In this document: positions 53,359 to 64,000 of the stretch, piece by piece
How positions within the stretch are numbered: the stretch's first letter is position 1
Layout: every line of letters begins with the position of its first letter
Origin: an uncultured virus (IMG/VR IMGVR_UViG_3300044678_003809)
Lineage: Duplodnaviria; Heunggongvirae; Uroviricota; Caudoviricetes
Length of the DNA stretch: 64,000 bases
IMG/VR virus record: IMGVR_UViG_3300044678_003809
Reading direction: 5' to 3' (one strand)
Notes under the pieces: generated by a model
Databases searched by the model: none
What the model was told of the DNA's origin: nothing
Seen by the model: only the letters and a program-made list of their open reading frames with translations
Translations under genes and position numbers: made by a program

Positions 53359-53909
53359 GTGGTGTGCCCCCCCATTTGCAGAAACGCTTTTCGCCGGGCT
53401 CCCGCCGCCATCAGACCCAAGAGCGCGGCCACACCCCACGCGAACACCCGGCCCCCGTCACCAAACGAGCGCCCCAGGCCGAAGCCGAGAGTCAGGCCCG
53501 CGGTAACGGCCACGGCAGTCGGCAGGTGGTCGAGGGCCTCGACCGTCACGCCGGGATGCGTGTTCGTGCCCCCACTCGCGGCGACCATCTCGTTGAGCAT
53601 GGGCTCGAGGACCGCGTCGGGAGAGGTGCCGAGGCCCGGGGACCGGTTGGCGCGAGTCGAGGGGCGCATCGAGCGGACCAGTTCGCCGATGGCCTGCGTA
53701 CCCGTTCCGAGGAAGCGCGCGTCGGCGGGCAGTGGCCGAAGAACTTGGTCAAGGTCCAGGCCCACGGCACCACCGTCGTTCCGGGGCGGGACTTCGTGCC
53801 GGATGCCACGGAGCTGCTGGTAGCCACCCGGGTCGGCGACCTCGCTACCGACGTAGTAGTTGTAGCGCATGTTGCCCCAGTCCCACTGGGAGTAGCGTCT
53901 CTGCGCCAT
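53355..53909 (-). CDS. putative virion membrane protein
   Basis: PGLG motif; two C-terminal TM segments. Confidence 0.6.
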   Translation of the reverse strand: MAQRRYSQWDWGNMRYNYYVGSEVADPGGYQQLRGIRHEVPPRNDGGAVGLDLDQVLRPLPADARFLGTGTQAIGELVRSMRPSTRANRSPGLGTSPDAVLEPMLNEMVAASGGTNTHPGVTVEALDHLPTAVAVTAGLTLGFGLGRSFGDGGRVFAWGVAALLGLMAAGARRKAFLQMGGHTT

Positions 53910-53910
53910 C

Positions 53911-54756
53911 TCACACCCCCGGGGGCGCGGGCAGTAGGGGGCGCTCGACTGCCGGCGGGGACGCAGAGCCCTTCGCCTGCTGGTACCGGCGCCACGCCAG
54001 CAAGCCTCCGATACCGAGGGCGCCGATCACGAGCCATTTCGCCGTGTCGGCCAAGGCCTCAGGCAAGTCGCGCTTGCTGATGCGCGCCAGGTCGGCCTCC
54101 ACCATGCCCTGCGTCTGTATTTTGGCCCGTGCGCAGGCCGCTTCGTCGCCCTTGTTGCAGAGCGACGTGTTCACCCGGAACGATTCCTGGTGCTCTTCAT
54201 GGATACGAGACCCCTCCACGAGGTCCTTGATCATGTAGAGCACGCCGACAATGGTGATTCCTGCGACGACGGCACCGACGATGGCCGGAAGGGCTCCGAG
54301 CCCGGGGGGGCGTCCGAGCCCCATGTCCTCGGCCTCGCGGACCATCTGGGTGATGCCCTTCGCGCGCTTGTTCCGGCAGTAGTCCTCGTAGGTAGAGCCT
54401 TCCCGCCCCTGATCGGCGCCGAGCACGCTGTCCTTGACGGCGTAGAGCACGTCCTTGAGCTGGCGGCTCTTGCGGATCGCGTCCTCGCACTGCTCCGCCA
54501 GCTCGGCGGCGTACTCGGCCAAGTCAGGGTCCAGCGTCTGGACACCGAGGTTGTTCGCCACGACTTGGTACTGCGACAGGGCGCTCTGGTAGCGGCGGGC
54601 CGCACGGTCGAGTTCGCCGAGGTGAGGGTACAACTCGCACCACCCGTCCATCTGCTTGCGCTCGAACCAGGCCATGAGGTTGTGGTAGCTCGACCCGTCA
54701 ACCGCGCCGAGCCCGCTCAGACCGTACATCCGGCGCCGGAACTGGTGGTACTGCAT
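53911..54756 (-). CDS. putative virion membrane protein
   Basis: GLSGLG and GLGRPPGLG motifs; TM segments. Confidence 0.65.
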   Translation of the reverse strand: MQYHQFRRRMYGLSGLGAVDGSSYHNLMAWFERKQMDGWCELYPHLGELDRAARRYQSALSQYQVVANNLGVQTLDPDLAEYAAELAEQCEDAIRKSRQLKDVLYAVKDSVLGADQGREGSTYEDYCRNKRAKGITQMVREAEDMGLGRPPGLGALPAIVGAVVAGITIVGVLYMIKDLVEGSRIHEEHQESFRVNTSLCNKGDEAACARAKIQTQGMVEADLARISKRDLPEALADTAKWLVIGALGIGGLLAWRRYQQAKGSASPPAVERPLLPAPPGV

Positions 54757-54763
54757 CGTCGCC

Positions 54764-55084
54764 TCACTTCAGCAGGAGGAACGCGGCGCCGATGGCGGCG
54801 ACCGCTCCGATCAGCACCGTCGTGTTCTTCTTCTTCGCCGCATCCGCCTTCGCCTTCTCCTCCCGGGCACGCATCTGCTCGATGAGCCGCTGCTCGAAGA
54901 TGCGCTGCTCGAACGCCCGGCTCGCCGGGTCGGCTTGCATCTGCAAGTCGTGGCTCAGTCGGGGGTCCACGTTCGCCTTGAGCCGAGCCTCCTGTTGTTT
55001 CCGCTGGGCGTCAAGGGACGCCATGACGTACTCGACATTCACGGGGGTGCTACCCAGGCCCCCAACACCACTCAGAAATTGCAT
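54764..55084 (-). CDS. putative virion membrane protein
   Basis: LSGVGGLG at N-terminus; C-terminal TM. Confidence 0.65.
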   Translation of the reverse strand: MQFLSGVGGLGSTPVNVEYVMASLDAQRKQQEARLKANVDPRLSHDLQMQADPASRAFEQRIFEQRLIEQMRAREEKAKADAAKKKNTTVLIGAVAAIGAAFLLLK

Positions 55085-55156
55085 GACACACCTCTTCGAC
55101 GGCGGAGAATGCCATCACAGTACCCGCCAAGGTGGGGGTCGGCAATACCGTTGTTG

Positions 55157-55840
55157 TTACCGGGTCGCAGCGTACGCAGCGCCGGCTGCGAGGGTCAGCA
55201 GCAATACGGTTTTCCCGAGAGAGCCCTGCGTGGGGGCACTGCCCCCTTGCGTCTCGTCGGTCCCGTATGACTCCGGGGACGCGTAACTCTCGTCGGGGGT
55301 GCCCACGGCGCTGGCCGTGGCGTCGGGCTTCTTCCGCTGCGTGCTCGCCGTGATCAGGCTGCCGCCGAGGGCCTCGATGATCTTCTTCTGAGCGAGCGTG
55401 ACCGCGTTCTCCCGCTTGGCGAACGCCTCCGCTGATCCGGCGGGGGCCGGTCGCCCGGTCTTCTCCCGCATCTGCCGAGCGGCCTTGGCCAACGCCAGGT
55501 GGTTCTTCGCCTTCTGGTATTCGGCACAGGCCTTCGTCAGGCGGTCGTAGGTCGCGGAGCCACCGTGGACGGCGCCCTCGAAACCCGCTTTCAGGACCCG
55601 GATGGAGCCCCCTACGGCCACCAAGAGCGTCCCCAGCCGGCCGCAGACCTTGTCGCAGGTCTTCCGCAGGGCCGAAGACCCGACGTCGAAACGCGACCCC
55701 GCGATCATCAGGAAGTCCTTGAAGTCGAGGCTGTCAGCGGCCACGACGTGCTGCATGAGGTCTGAGGCGCCCCCCATGAGTGTGTCGAGCGGTCCCGGGA
55801 TAGAGGACTTGCCGAGCCCCGAGAGCGAAACGTAGTGCAT
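55157..55840 (-). CDS. putative virion membrane protein
   Basis: MHYVSLSGLG start; C-terminal TM. Confidence 0.65.
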   Translation of the reverse strand: MHYVSLSGLGKSSIPGPLDTLMGGASDLMQHVVAADSLDFKDFLMIAGSRFDVGSSALRKTCDKVCGRLGTLLVAVGGSIRVLKAGFEGAVHGGSATYDRLTKACAEYQKAKNHLALAKAARQMREKTGRPAPAGSAEAFAKRENAVTLAQKKIIEALGGSLITASTQRKKPDATASAVGTPDESYASPESYGTDETQGGSAPTQGSLGKTVLLLTLAAGAAYAATR

Positions 55841-55842
55841 GT

Positions 55843-56433
55843 TCAACCCTTGCGGCCGATGTCCACGGCCCGATAGTTGGTGGTGCGAGAAACCATTTCC
55901 TGCGTGAAGGGCCCTGCGACCGGGTCGAGCACGAGCCACGCGCCCTTTCGGCTGTCCCACACACGAAGGAACGTGTGGCTGTGGGGGCCGTTCTTGGACT
56001 CGAAGCCCGCCGTGACCACCTGCACGGGCGCCCCCACGGCGGCAGCCAGCGCGCCGAGGACGGCGTTCATCTTCTGCGGGTCGCGACTCCTCACGAGGGC
56101 GCCGAGCAGCACCGCCAGGTCGTCGCAGTCGCCCGCGCCGGTCCGCAGGGACAGGTGTGGCTGATGCAACATCTCCGCATTCGCGGGATCTCGGACGTAC
56201 CTGACACGGCGACACGCATCATAGAAGATGGCCGCCAGTTCTGACGTGTAGTCGTGGGGATAGACGTCCTTGACCGCGGCAATCGCCACGTTGCGGACGT
56301 CGGGGTGCGTCTGGCCCTCGGTGATGAAGCGGACCATATGCTCAACGGTGCTCTGGACGCCGCGATACGCCTTGCGCTCGACCCTGTAGGTCGGTCCCGA
56401 AATGCCTTTGCCACGGACGGGTCGGTTGTGCAT
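55843..56433 (-). CDS. transglutaminase-like cysteine protease
   Basis: RYVRDP, GDCDD, HSH and LDP (Cys-His-Asp triad). Confidence 0.85.
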   Translation of the reverse strand: MHNRPVRGKGISGPTYRVERKAYRGVQSTVEHMVRFITEGQTHPDVRNVAIAAVKDVYPHDYTSELAAIFYDACRRVRYVRDPANAEMLHQPHLSLRTGAGDCDDLAVLLGALVRSRDPQKMNAVLGALAAAVGAPVQVVTAGFESKNGPHSHTFLRVWDSRKGAWLVLDPVAGPFTQEMVSRTTNYRAVDIGRKG

Positions 56434-56477
56434 GAGGGGAGAGTACGCGACACTCCACAGCGACACAACCTGGAGGA

Positions 56478-56930
56478 ATGCAGATGGAAGGTGGATTCAA
56501 CGTCGGAAACGCCAACGACAGCACCCAACTCGGGCCCGCGCAGTATTTGGGCGTGTACGTCAACAGCAGCCTGACGAGCGCATCGTGGACGAATCTCGGC
56601 AGTTCGTCTTTCCTGTCCGCGGCCTACTCGGGGTCGTCGCCGAGCGCCATCCCCATCAATCGTCTGTTTCTGCAGATCATGGTGATGAACTTGGGTTCGT
56701 CCCCGATCTACATGGTGTTGGACACCGTACCCGGGACGGGGCCGTCGAACGCCGACGCGACGCTCATGTTCCTCGGCAACACCAGCACGCTGGTGACGGT
56801 GGCGTCGATCTTGCCCACCGACACGACGGTACGCGGGATTCGCAACATCTCCATTCGGGGGGACTTCCCGAACGGCGTCGCGTCGTATTGCCGACTGCAG
56901 GCCGCATTCACGACGGCCTACGGCCCCTGA
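56478..56930 (+). CDS. beta-rich putative structural protein
   Basis: GGAGG RBS; S/T/G/N-rich beta pattern. Confidence 0.55.
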   Translation: MQMEGGFNVGNANDSTQLGPAQYLGVYVNSSLTSASWTNLGSSSFLSAAYSGSSPSAIPINRLFLQIMVMNLGSSPIYMVLDTVPGTGPSNADATLMFLGNTSTLVTVASILPTDTTVRGIRNISIRGDFPNGVASYCRLQAAFTTAYGP

Positions 56931-56937
56931 CGATCTC

Positions 56938-59013
56938 TCAGGGCGTTTCGTCCTGCAGGATCGCCTCGTGCAGCCCCTGCAGCCAGCGCGTGCCACGAGG
57001 AGTGGCGAGCGTGGTCATACCCAGCGTCTCGGCGGCGGTCGAAAGTTCGCTGGCCACCTCGTCGCTCGGGCGTTCGATCAGCGCCTCGAACATCTGCTGG
57101 GCATCGGCCGACATGCTGCCTTGCTGCATCTTGACCAGACCAGCGACCTGGTCGGGGGTCATGCCCCCGCTCATGGCCTGCTCGAGCTGGACGAGCAGGT
57201 CTCGGAGCGGTGTCACGTCCGCGTGGACATCCACGGTCGGGTTCACAGCCGGGGCGTTCTGAGTTGCGGGGACCGTCGGCTGCGGAAGTTGCGGCGGGGG
57301 GGTCATCGGGCGCTGGCCCGCGAGGGCCAATCGGGTCTGGGCAGCAATCTGGGTGGCAGCCAACCGCCCCTGGATCTCCTGCTCCCGCAGTCGGAGCACG
57401 TCCCGTCGGGCCCCATCCGCTCGCGACAGAACAGGCTCGGCCGCGGCCATGAGCTTCGTGGCGGTGGCCGCAAACCGGCTCATGGGGTCATCAGGGACGG
57501 CCGCTTCTTCCTCCTTGGCGGCGGTGACGGGGCCGACCATGCCCAGTTCGCGCATCTGGCCCGCCATGGCCGCGACCTTGCCGAGAGCGACCTGCGGTTC
57601 AGCCGCCTTTCGGGCCTCGGCCAACTCCGTACGCGCGTTCGTCAGCTCGTCCTTGAGGCGGGCCACCTCGTTCTCGAGGGCTTGCTTCGTACTCGCCTCC
57701 CGGGACTCGAGCATCGTCTTGAGCAGGGTCGTGTTCGTCTCGCTTGACCGACGCTCGTCCCCAACGCGGGCCGCGACCTCGCTGGACGTCCGCTGGAACA
57801 TCTCGTCGCAGCGTCGCTGCGCCGAGTCCCGCTCGGACGTGAGCAGCGCGATCCGCGTCTCGAACGAGGTGGTCAACATGCGAACCGCATCTTCGACCCG
57901 ATTGCGGGTCGCCGCCTCGGCATCCCGCAGCCGCTGGTTCATGTCCTCACGCGTCACGTCGATCTGACGTTGCAGGCTCTTGACTTCACTCTCACGCTGG
58001 TCGAGCAGTGACCGTCGTTCCGCCTCGTGACGCTGATTCAGCACTGCCACCTGCTGCTCGTGGTTGAGTCGCAGGGTCGTGAGTTGCTGATCGTAGTTGG
58101 AGCGCAACGACGTGATCTGCTGGTCGTAGCTGCCTCGAAGGGCGGCCGTCTGCGCCGCGAAATCCTGACGCTGCTCCTCCATGCGGGCCTTCATGGCCTG
58201 CATGCCCTCCTCGTAGGGCTTGTTGGCGCGATCCTCCCGTTCGAGCAGCGCGTTGCGGAGCGCCTGATTGTCGCTGACCATGGTTTCGAGCTGCCGGGTC
58301 AGCGCCGCCTGTGATTCACCGTTGGCTTCCTTGAGGATACGCATCGCCGAGGTGTCGTTGGCGGCCTCGGCACGGCGCGCCATCCGCTCCTTCACGAGGT
58401 CAGCGGGGCTCGCACCTTCAGACAGGGAGGGTCGGGGCATGTCGAACTCCGGGCTGAAGCCCGGCCCCCGGAAGGGGGGGCGGGGCGGGTAGCCGCGCAT
58501 GTCCCGCTCGAAGCGGTTTTCCCGGTCTCCGAGGGGGGGGCGAGGATCGAACCGGTCACCCCGGTCACCCGGGAAAGGGCGACCAATACGCTCGCGAACC
58601 TCGCGCCGATGCGGGTCCGGTCCCTCGAAATCGTCCATGCCCCCACCCATGTCGCCGTCGTCTTCATTGACCTCGAACGGCTTGGCCGACGGGAAGGCCA
58701 CCGGATTCTTGTCGGGCCCGGGGTACGCCCGGGGCGGTCCCGCCAGGTCGAGCATGAACGTGTCGATGACACGCTTTGCCCCCCTCCCCTTCCCGACGGC
58801 CTTCGCGGTGATCCGGTACTGGCCGCCGCCCCACTTCTGGAGGATGGTGGGCTCGTCGGTGGGCCCCTCGAGGTCCTCCATGAAGCCCGTGGCCGCGATG
58901 GCATCGTGGTACGCGGGGAGCAGGCGATCCAGCGTGAACCACCGCGCCGCTTTCTCGTTCATCAGTTGGGACATCCACGACTGGACATCCACGGGAGATT
59001 CCAACTCGGGCAT
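56938..59013 (-). CDS. long coiled-coil protein
   Basis: Heptad-rich central ~300 aa; GGGGG RBS before MPELES. Confidence 0.7.
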   Translation of the reverse strand: MPELESPVDVQSWMSQLMNEKAARWFTLDRLLPAYHDAIAATGFMEDLEGPTDEPTILQKWGGGQYRITAKAVGKGRGAKRVIDTFMLDLAGPPRAYPGPDKNPVAFPSAKPFEVNEDDGDMGGGMDDFEGPDPHRREVRERIGRPFPGDRGDRFDPRPPLGDRENRFERDMRGYPPRPPFRGPGFSPEFDMPRPSLSEGASPADLVKERMARRAEAANDTSAMRILKEANGESQAALTRQLETMVSDNQALRNALLEREDRANKPYEEGMQAMKARMEEQRQDFAAQTAALRGSYDQQITSLRSNYDQQLTTLRLNHEQQVAVLNQRHEAERRSLLDQRESEVKSLQRQIDVTREDMNQRLRDAEAATRNRVEDAVRMLTTSFETRIALLTSERDSAQRRCDEMFQRTSSEVAARVGDERRSSETNTTLLKTMLESREASTKQALENEVARLKDELTNARTELAEARKAAEPQVALGKVAAMAGQMRELGMVGPVTAAKEEEAAVPDDPMSRFAATATKLMAAAEPVLSRADGARRDVLRLREQEIQGRLAATQIAAQTRLALAGQRPMTPPPQLPQPTVPATQNAPAVNPTVDVHADVTPLRDLLVQLEQAMSGGMTPDQVAGLVKMQQGSMSADAQQMFEALIERPSDEVASELSTAAETLGMTTLATPRGTRWLQGLHEAILQDETP

Positions 59014-59120
59014 ACAAACCCCCTTTCCAGTAAGACGGTTTTTGCATAATAAGCACGTTGCCGCTTGCCGCAAGTCCGACGGTGGTTATAGAGTAGGTAC
59101 AACAGCTTTGGAGATGTGGA

Positions 59121-59471
59121 GTGCCGCCCCGCCTCAGAAAAGCCCCACCTCCTGCCGAGTTGGGGGCCGATGGATTGCCGGTGCTGCCCTATGCGCCAGC
59201 ACAGGACGATCTGGGCATCTGCCCGGCATGCCTCATGGCCTCTCGGGTGGCAATCCACGCCCGTGGGGGGTTCTACACGCACTGTCGGCACTGCGGATTC
59301 AGGAGCTTCACCAGCACCCCCGCGGGGGCCGTCGTCTTCCGGGCCATGCAGCGTCTGCTGCAGGACTCGGAGATGCGGAAGATTTTGCGAGACTCTCTCC
59401 TGCTCGAGATCGAACGCGTCGAGCAGGAAATGAAGACCCCACCCCTCCCGGGCACAGGAAGCCCGGGGTAA
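59121..59471 (+). CDS. Zn-ribbon protein
   Basis: CPAC...CRHCGFRSF. Confidence 0.55.
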   Translation: MPPRLRKAPPPAELGADGLPVLPYAPAQDDLGICPACLMASRVAIHARGGFYTHCRHCGFRSFTSTPAGAVVFRAMQRLLQDSEMRKILRDSLLLEIERVEQEMKTPPLPGTGSPG

Positions 59472-59495
59472 CCGAAGAGGAAGAGGAAGACGAAC

Positions 59496-60608
59496 ATGGC
59501 CTCGAAAAGCGCCGACTTCGCGCGCAGCGACTACTACACCATCGCCCCCGAGCAGGTCGTGCTGATCGGGATCGACACCGTCGATGGGGACGAGCACGTC
59601 CTCGCGGCCGACCTGGTCAACCACGAACCGCCCGACGAGAGCTTCATCCGCAACGTCAAGACCTTCGGCGTGTTCACGCCGATTCTGGCGCGCAAGACCA
59701 GGGTGACGGGTGACGACGGCGTGGTCAGCACGCGCGTCGAGGCCATCGTGGGCCGCACGCGTGTCCTCGCCGCCCGCGAGGCGAACCGTCGACTCGAGGC
59801 CGAGGGCGCCCCGCTGCTGAAGATCCCGGTCATCTTCAAGACCGCCGAAGAGCGGGTCCTCGCCGGCATGATCGTCTCGGAGAACGAGATGCGTCGCACC
59901 ACGACGCCGCTCGAGAAGGCACGGGCGCTCCAGCGGGCCTACGCACGCGGCATCACGCGGGAAGAGGCCGCGGAACTCTTCAACAAGGTTCCGGCGAGCA
60001 TCGAACGGTGGGAGCGCCTGATCAGTCTGCACCCCGACGTGATCAAGCGCGTCGAAGACGGCGAGATCAATGCCACCGCCGCGCTGGCGGTGGCAGACCT
60101 GCCGCACGATCAGCAGGTCCAGGCCCTCGAGGCGGCCATCGGCAAGGTCTCCGCGGCCGGCAAGCGGGCCTCGGGCGCGGGCATCAAGCGGGGTGCCAAG
60201 GGCGTGATGGGGCACAAGGCCCTGACCCCGAAAACCTTCAAGAAGATGCACGCCTGCGCGGAGGCGGACGACCTCCTGCACCCCATGCTCCGCTCGTTCC
60301 TGAAGTGGATCATCACGGGCGACGACGATGGGAACATCGAGGGCCTGTCCGTCGTGCTCTCGCGCATCGAGAAGAAGCCGAAGGCCACCGGCGAGCGCCG
60401 TGCCGTGGGTCGCCCGCGCAAGGAAGCGGGGGAGGCCCCCAAGGGCCGCAAGACGGCCAAGGACAAGACCCCCAAGGGTCGCAAGACGGCCAAGGGCAAG
60501 GTGGCCAAGGACAAGGCGGCGACCCCTGCGCGTCGGCGTCGCGCCGAGCCCGCCGCAGAGCAGGTCACCGGGCAGGAAGCGACGACCGAGTCGGCCCCCG
60601 CTCCCTGA
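59496..60608 (+). CDS. ParB/RepB/Spo0J-like protein with basic tail
   Basis: FGVFTPI, IVGRTRVLAA, SENEMR, PLEKA, HTH. Confidence 0.8.
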   Translation: MASKSADFARSDYYTIAPEQVVLIGIDTVDGDEHVLAADLVNHEPPDESFIRNVKTFGVFTPILARKTRVTGDDGVVSTRVEAIVGRTRVLAAREANRRLEAEGAPLLKIPVIFKTAEERVLAGMIVSENEMRRTTTPLEKARALQRAYARGITREEAAELFNKVPASIERWERLISLHPDVIKRVEDGEINATAALAVADLPHDQQVQALEAAIGKVSAAGKRASGAGIKRGAKGVMGHKALTPKTFKKMHACAEADDLLHPMLRSFLKWIITGDDDGNIEGLSVVLSRIEKKPKATGERRAVGRPRKEAGEAPKGRKTAKDKTPKGRKTAKGKVAKDKAATPARRRRAEPAAEQVTGQEATTESAPAP

Positions 60609-60626
60609 CCAAGGCGACCGGCCCCG

Positions 60627-61202
60627 TCAGGGGGTCGGTTCGCTGGAGCCGTCGGTGGAGGCTTCCGCCGCCACGTCCGTCACCGTCGGGTCCGCCGCGC
60701 TGGCCTCGGGGGTCACGCCGGGCAGAATCGACACCGGTGGCTCGTCCCCCGGGGGCACCGCCCCGCCTTCTTCCTCTTCACCTTCTCCGCCATCTCCCGC
60801 TTCTCCACCTTCTTCCTCGTCCTCGTCGTCCTCCGCCAAGTGTTCCGTGTACGTGAACACGGCGGACTCGATGTTGCCGCACGCGACCACGAGCACGTCG
60901 GTCTCCGGCAAGCCCAGACGCAGCAGCCCCGTGCGGATCACCTCGATGTTGACCGCGACGGCGTTGAACAACTCCCCCGCCAGGGTCTCGCGCGCCGTGA
61001 TGAACGCCATGTCGGCCTTGTCGCCCACGGCGTCCACGAGATCCTCGACCTCGGAGAGCCGTGCGCCGTTCTGCGCGACCTGCACGGTGATCTCCTGCAG
61101 GCAGGGCAGGACGTAGTCCTTGAGCAGGGTCGGCGGCGGGTTGGGCCTCTCCAGCGCGCGCTCGAACCGAGCCAGCATGTTCTCCAGATTGACGGTGCTC
61201 AT
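60627..61202 (-). CDS. hypothetical acidic protein
   Basis: TGATG coupling; acidic tail. Confidence 0.55.
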   Translation of the reverse strand: MSTVNLENMLARFERALERPNPPPTLLKDYVLPCLQEITVQVAQNGARLSEVEDLVDAVGDKADMAFITARETLAGELFNAVAVNIEVIRTGLLRLGLPETDVLVVACGNIESAVFTYTEHLAEDDEDEEEGGEAGDGGEGEEEEGGAVPPGDEPPVSILPGVTPEASAADPTVTDVAAEASTDGSSEPTP

Positions 61203-61534
61203 CAGGTACGCTCCTCGTGCTTGTTGCACTCGACGATGTAGGCGCCGACCAGTGGCGTCGGCGGGGACGTGAAGAGGCAGTCTGCCGCGCCCACGCGGCG
61301 ATGCTGCGCGATGGGCCGGGTGGACATAGAGTGCGCGAGCGACTTGCGCAGCCAGAAGTGCTTGCAGGTGTAGCACACGATGAGCTTCTTCATCTCATCC
61401 GAGGGCGCGTAGTTCGCGTCCGCCCCCGACATCTCTGCCATGAATTCACCCGGTGGTGGGAACGGCGCTGAGAACTGCCCGTTCGATGCCTCCTCGGGTG
61501 GGCTCGTGTCTCCTGGCAAGACCAAGTTCGGCAT
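61202..61534 (-). CDS. hypothetical Cys-containing protein
   Basis: GGAG RBS; CYTCKH..C..EC. Confidence 0.5.
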   Translation of the reverse strand: MPNLVLPGDTSPPEEASNGQFSAPFPPPGEFMAEMSGADANYAPSDEMKKLIVCYTCKHFWLRKSLAHSMSTRPIAQHRRVGAADCLFTSPPTPLVGAYIVECNKHEERT

Positions 61535-61696
61535 GTCGTGTCTCCATGTAGGCTGGATTGCCCGTGGAAGGATTATAGGCACGCAAGGGTTGATTACAAT
61601 GCGGAAACCGCATCTGTTGATGTTCTCTTGGCGTTGAAGCCCCCTCGTGTCTTGATAGCGGCGGCGCCGTCAGATACGGTGCGCGTGGAGGTCTTC

Positions 61697-62079
61697 ATGT
61701 CTCAATCCAATGTGTGCCGCACGGTGCCTTTGCCGGTCACCGTCGTTCTGACCGACGGGGTGCAGCGCACCCTGACTTCGACGGACATCCCGGGATTCCC
61801 CTCTGGCGGGATCATCGTGGGGTGGGATGTGGCAAACGTAACGACCACGACGAGCACGATCTGGGCCCGCGTGAGTGCCACACCCATTACCCTTCCTGGG
61901 ACGGACCCTGGGAACGCAGTTCTACTCACCAGCGGAGGACGTTACGCGTTCATCCGAGACGAGGGTATCTTCAACACCGAAGATTCGACCTTCTGGGGAA
62001 GCCTCCGCGTCCTCAGCTCTGGTGGCGCGTACACCTGCTGCGCTGTTGCAACGGTACTTCTGCCCCCGGGGGTGTCCGC

Positions 62080-62083
<4 letters not shown>
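61697..62083 (+). CDS. beta-rich putative structural protein
   Basis: GGAGG RBS before MSQSNV. Confidence 0.55.

Positions 62084-64000
<1,917 letters not shown>

Overview
This is a GC-rich, gene-dense segment of a large virus or plasmid-like provirus. There are no host housekeeping genes, rRNA or recognisable tRNA. Left part (1-26.9 kb): two divergent accessory operons. They carry ten 24-aa leucine-rich-variant (LRV/HEAT-like) repeat genes, a DEDDh exonuclease fused to two PriCT-like domains, Dam-like and Dcm-like methylases, HNH, dNMP kinase, NUDIX and a Cre-like recombinase. The highlight is a solitary RAMP/Cas7-like gene (3127-3723, minus strand). It is followed immediately by an array of about 10 non-coding units (2128-3126), in which conserved hairpin repeats separate variable tracts built from 5-nt modules (NNN-[G/C]-[C/T] in the gene's sense). 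This looks like a compact RNA-guided system with a gapped code, similar to VIPR but with a different motif. Middle part (27-43 kb): multidomain effector-like proteins (ADP-ribosyltransferase-like, GNAT, TGT/DpdA-like, GHKL ATPase, gp88-like) and peptidoglycan hydrolases; many have R-x-N motifs at domain junctions. Right part (40-64 kb): a structural module suggestive of a tailless, membrane-containing jelly-roll virus. It has three beta-rich capsid candidates, a basic core-like protein, many membrane proteins with an (L)SGLG motif beside a transglutaminase-like Cys protease, a ParB-like protein and a collagen-like fibre. All product calls come from motif recognition by eye, not from database searches.
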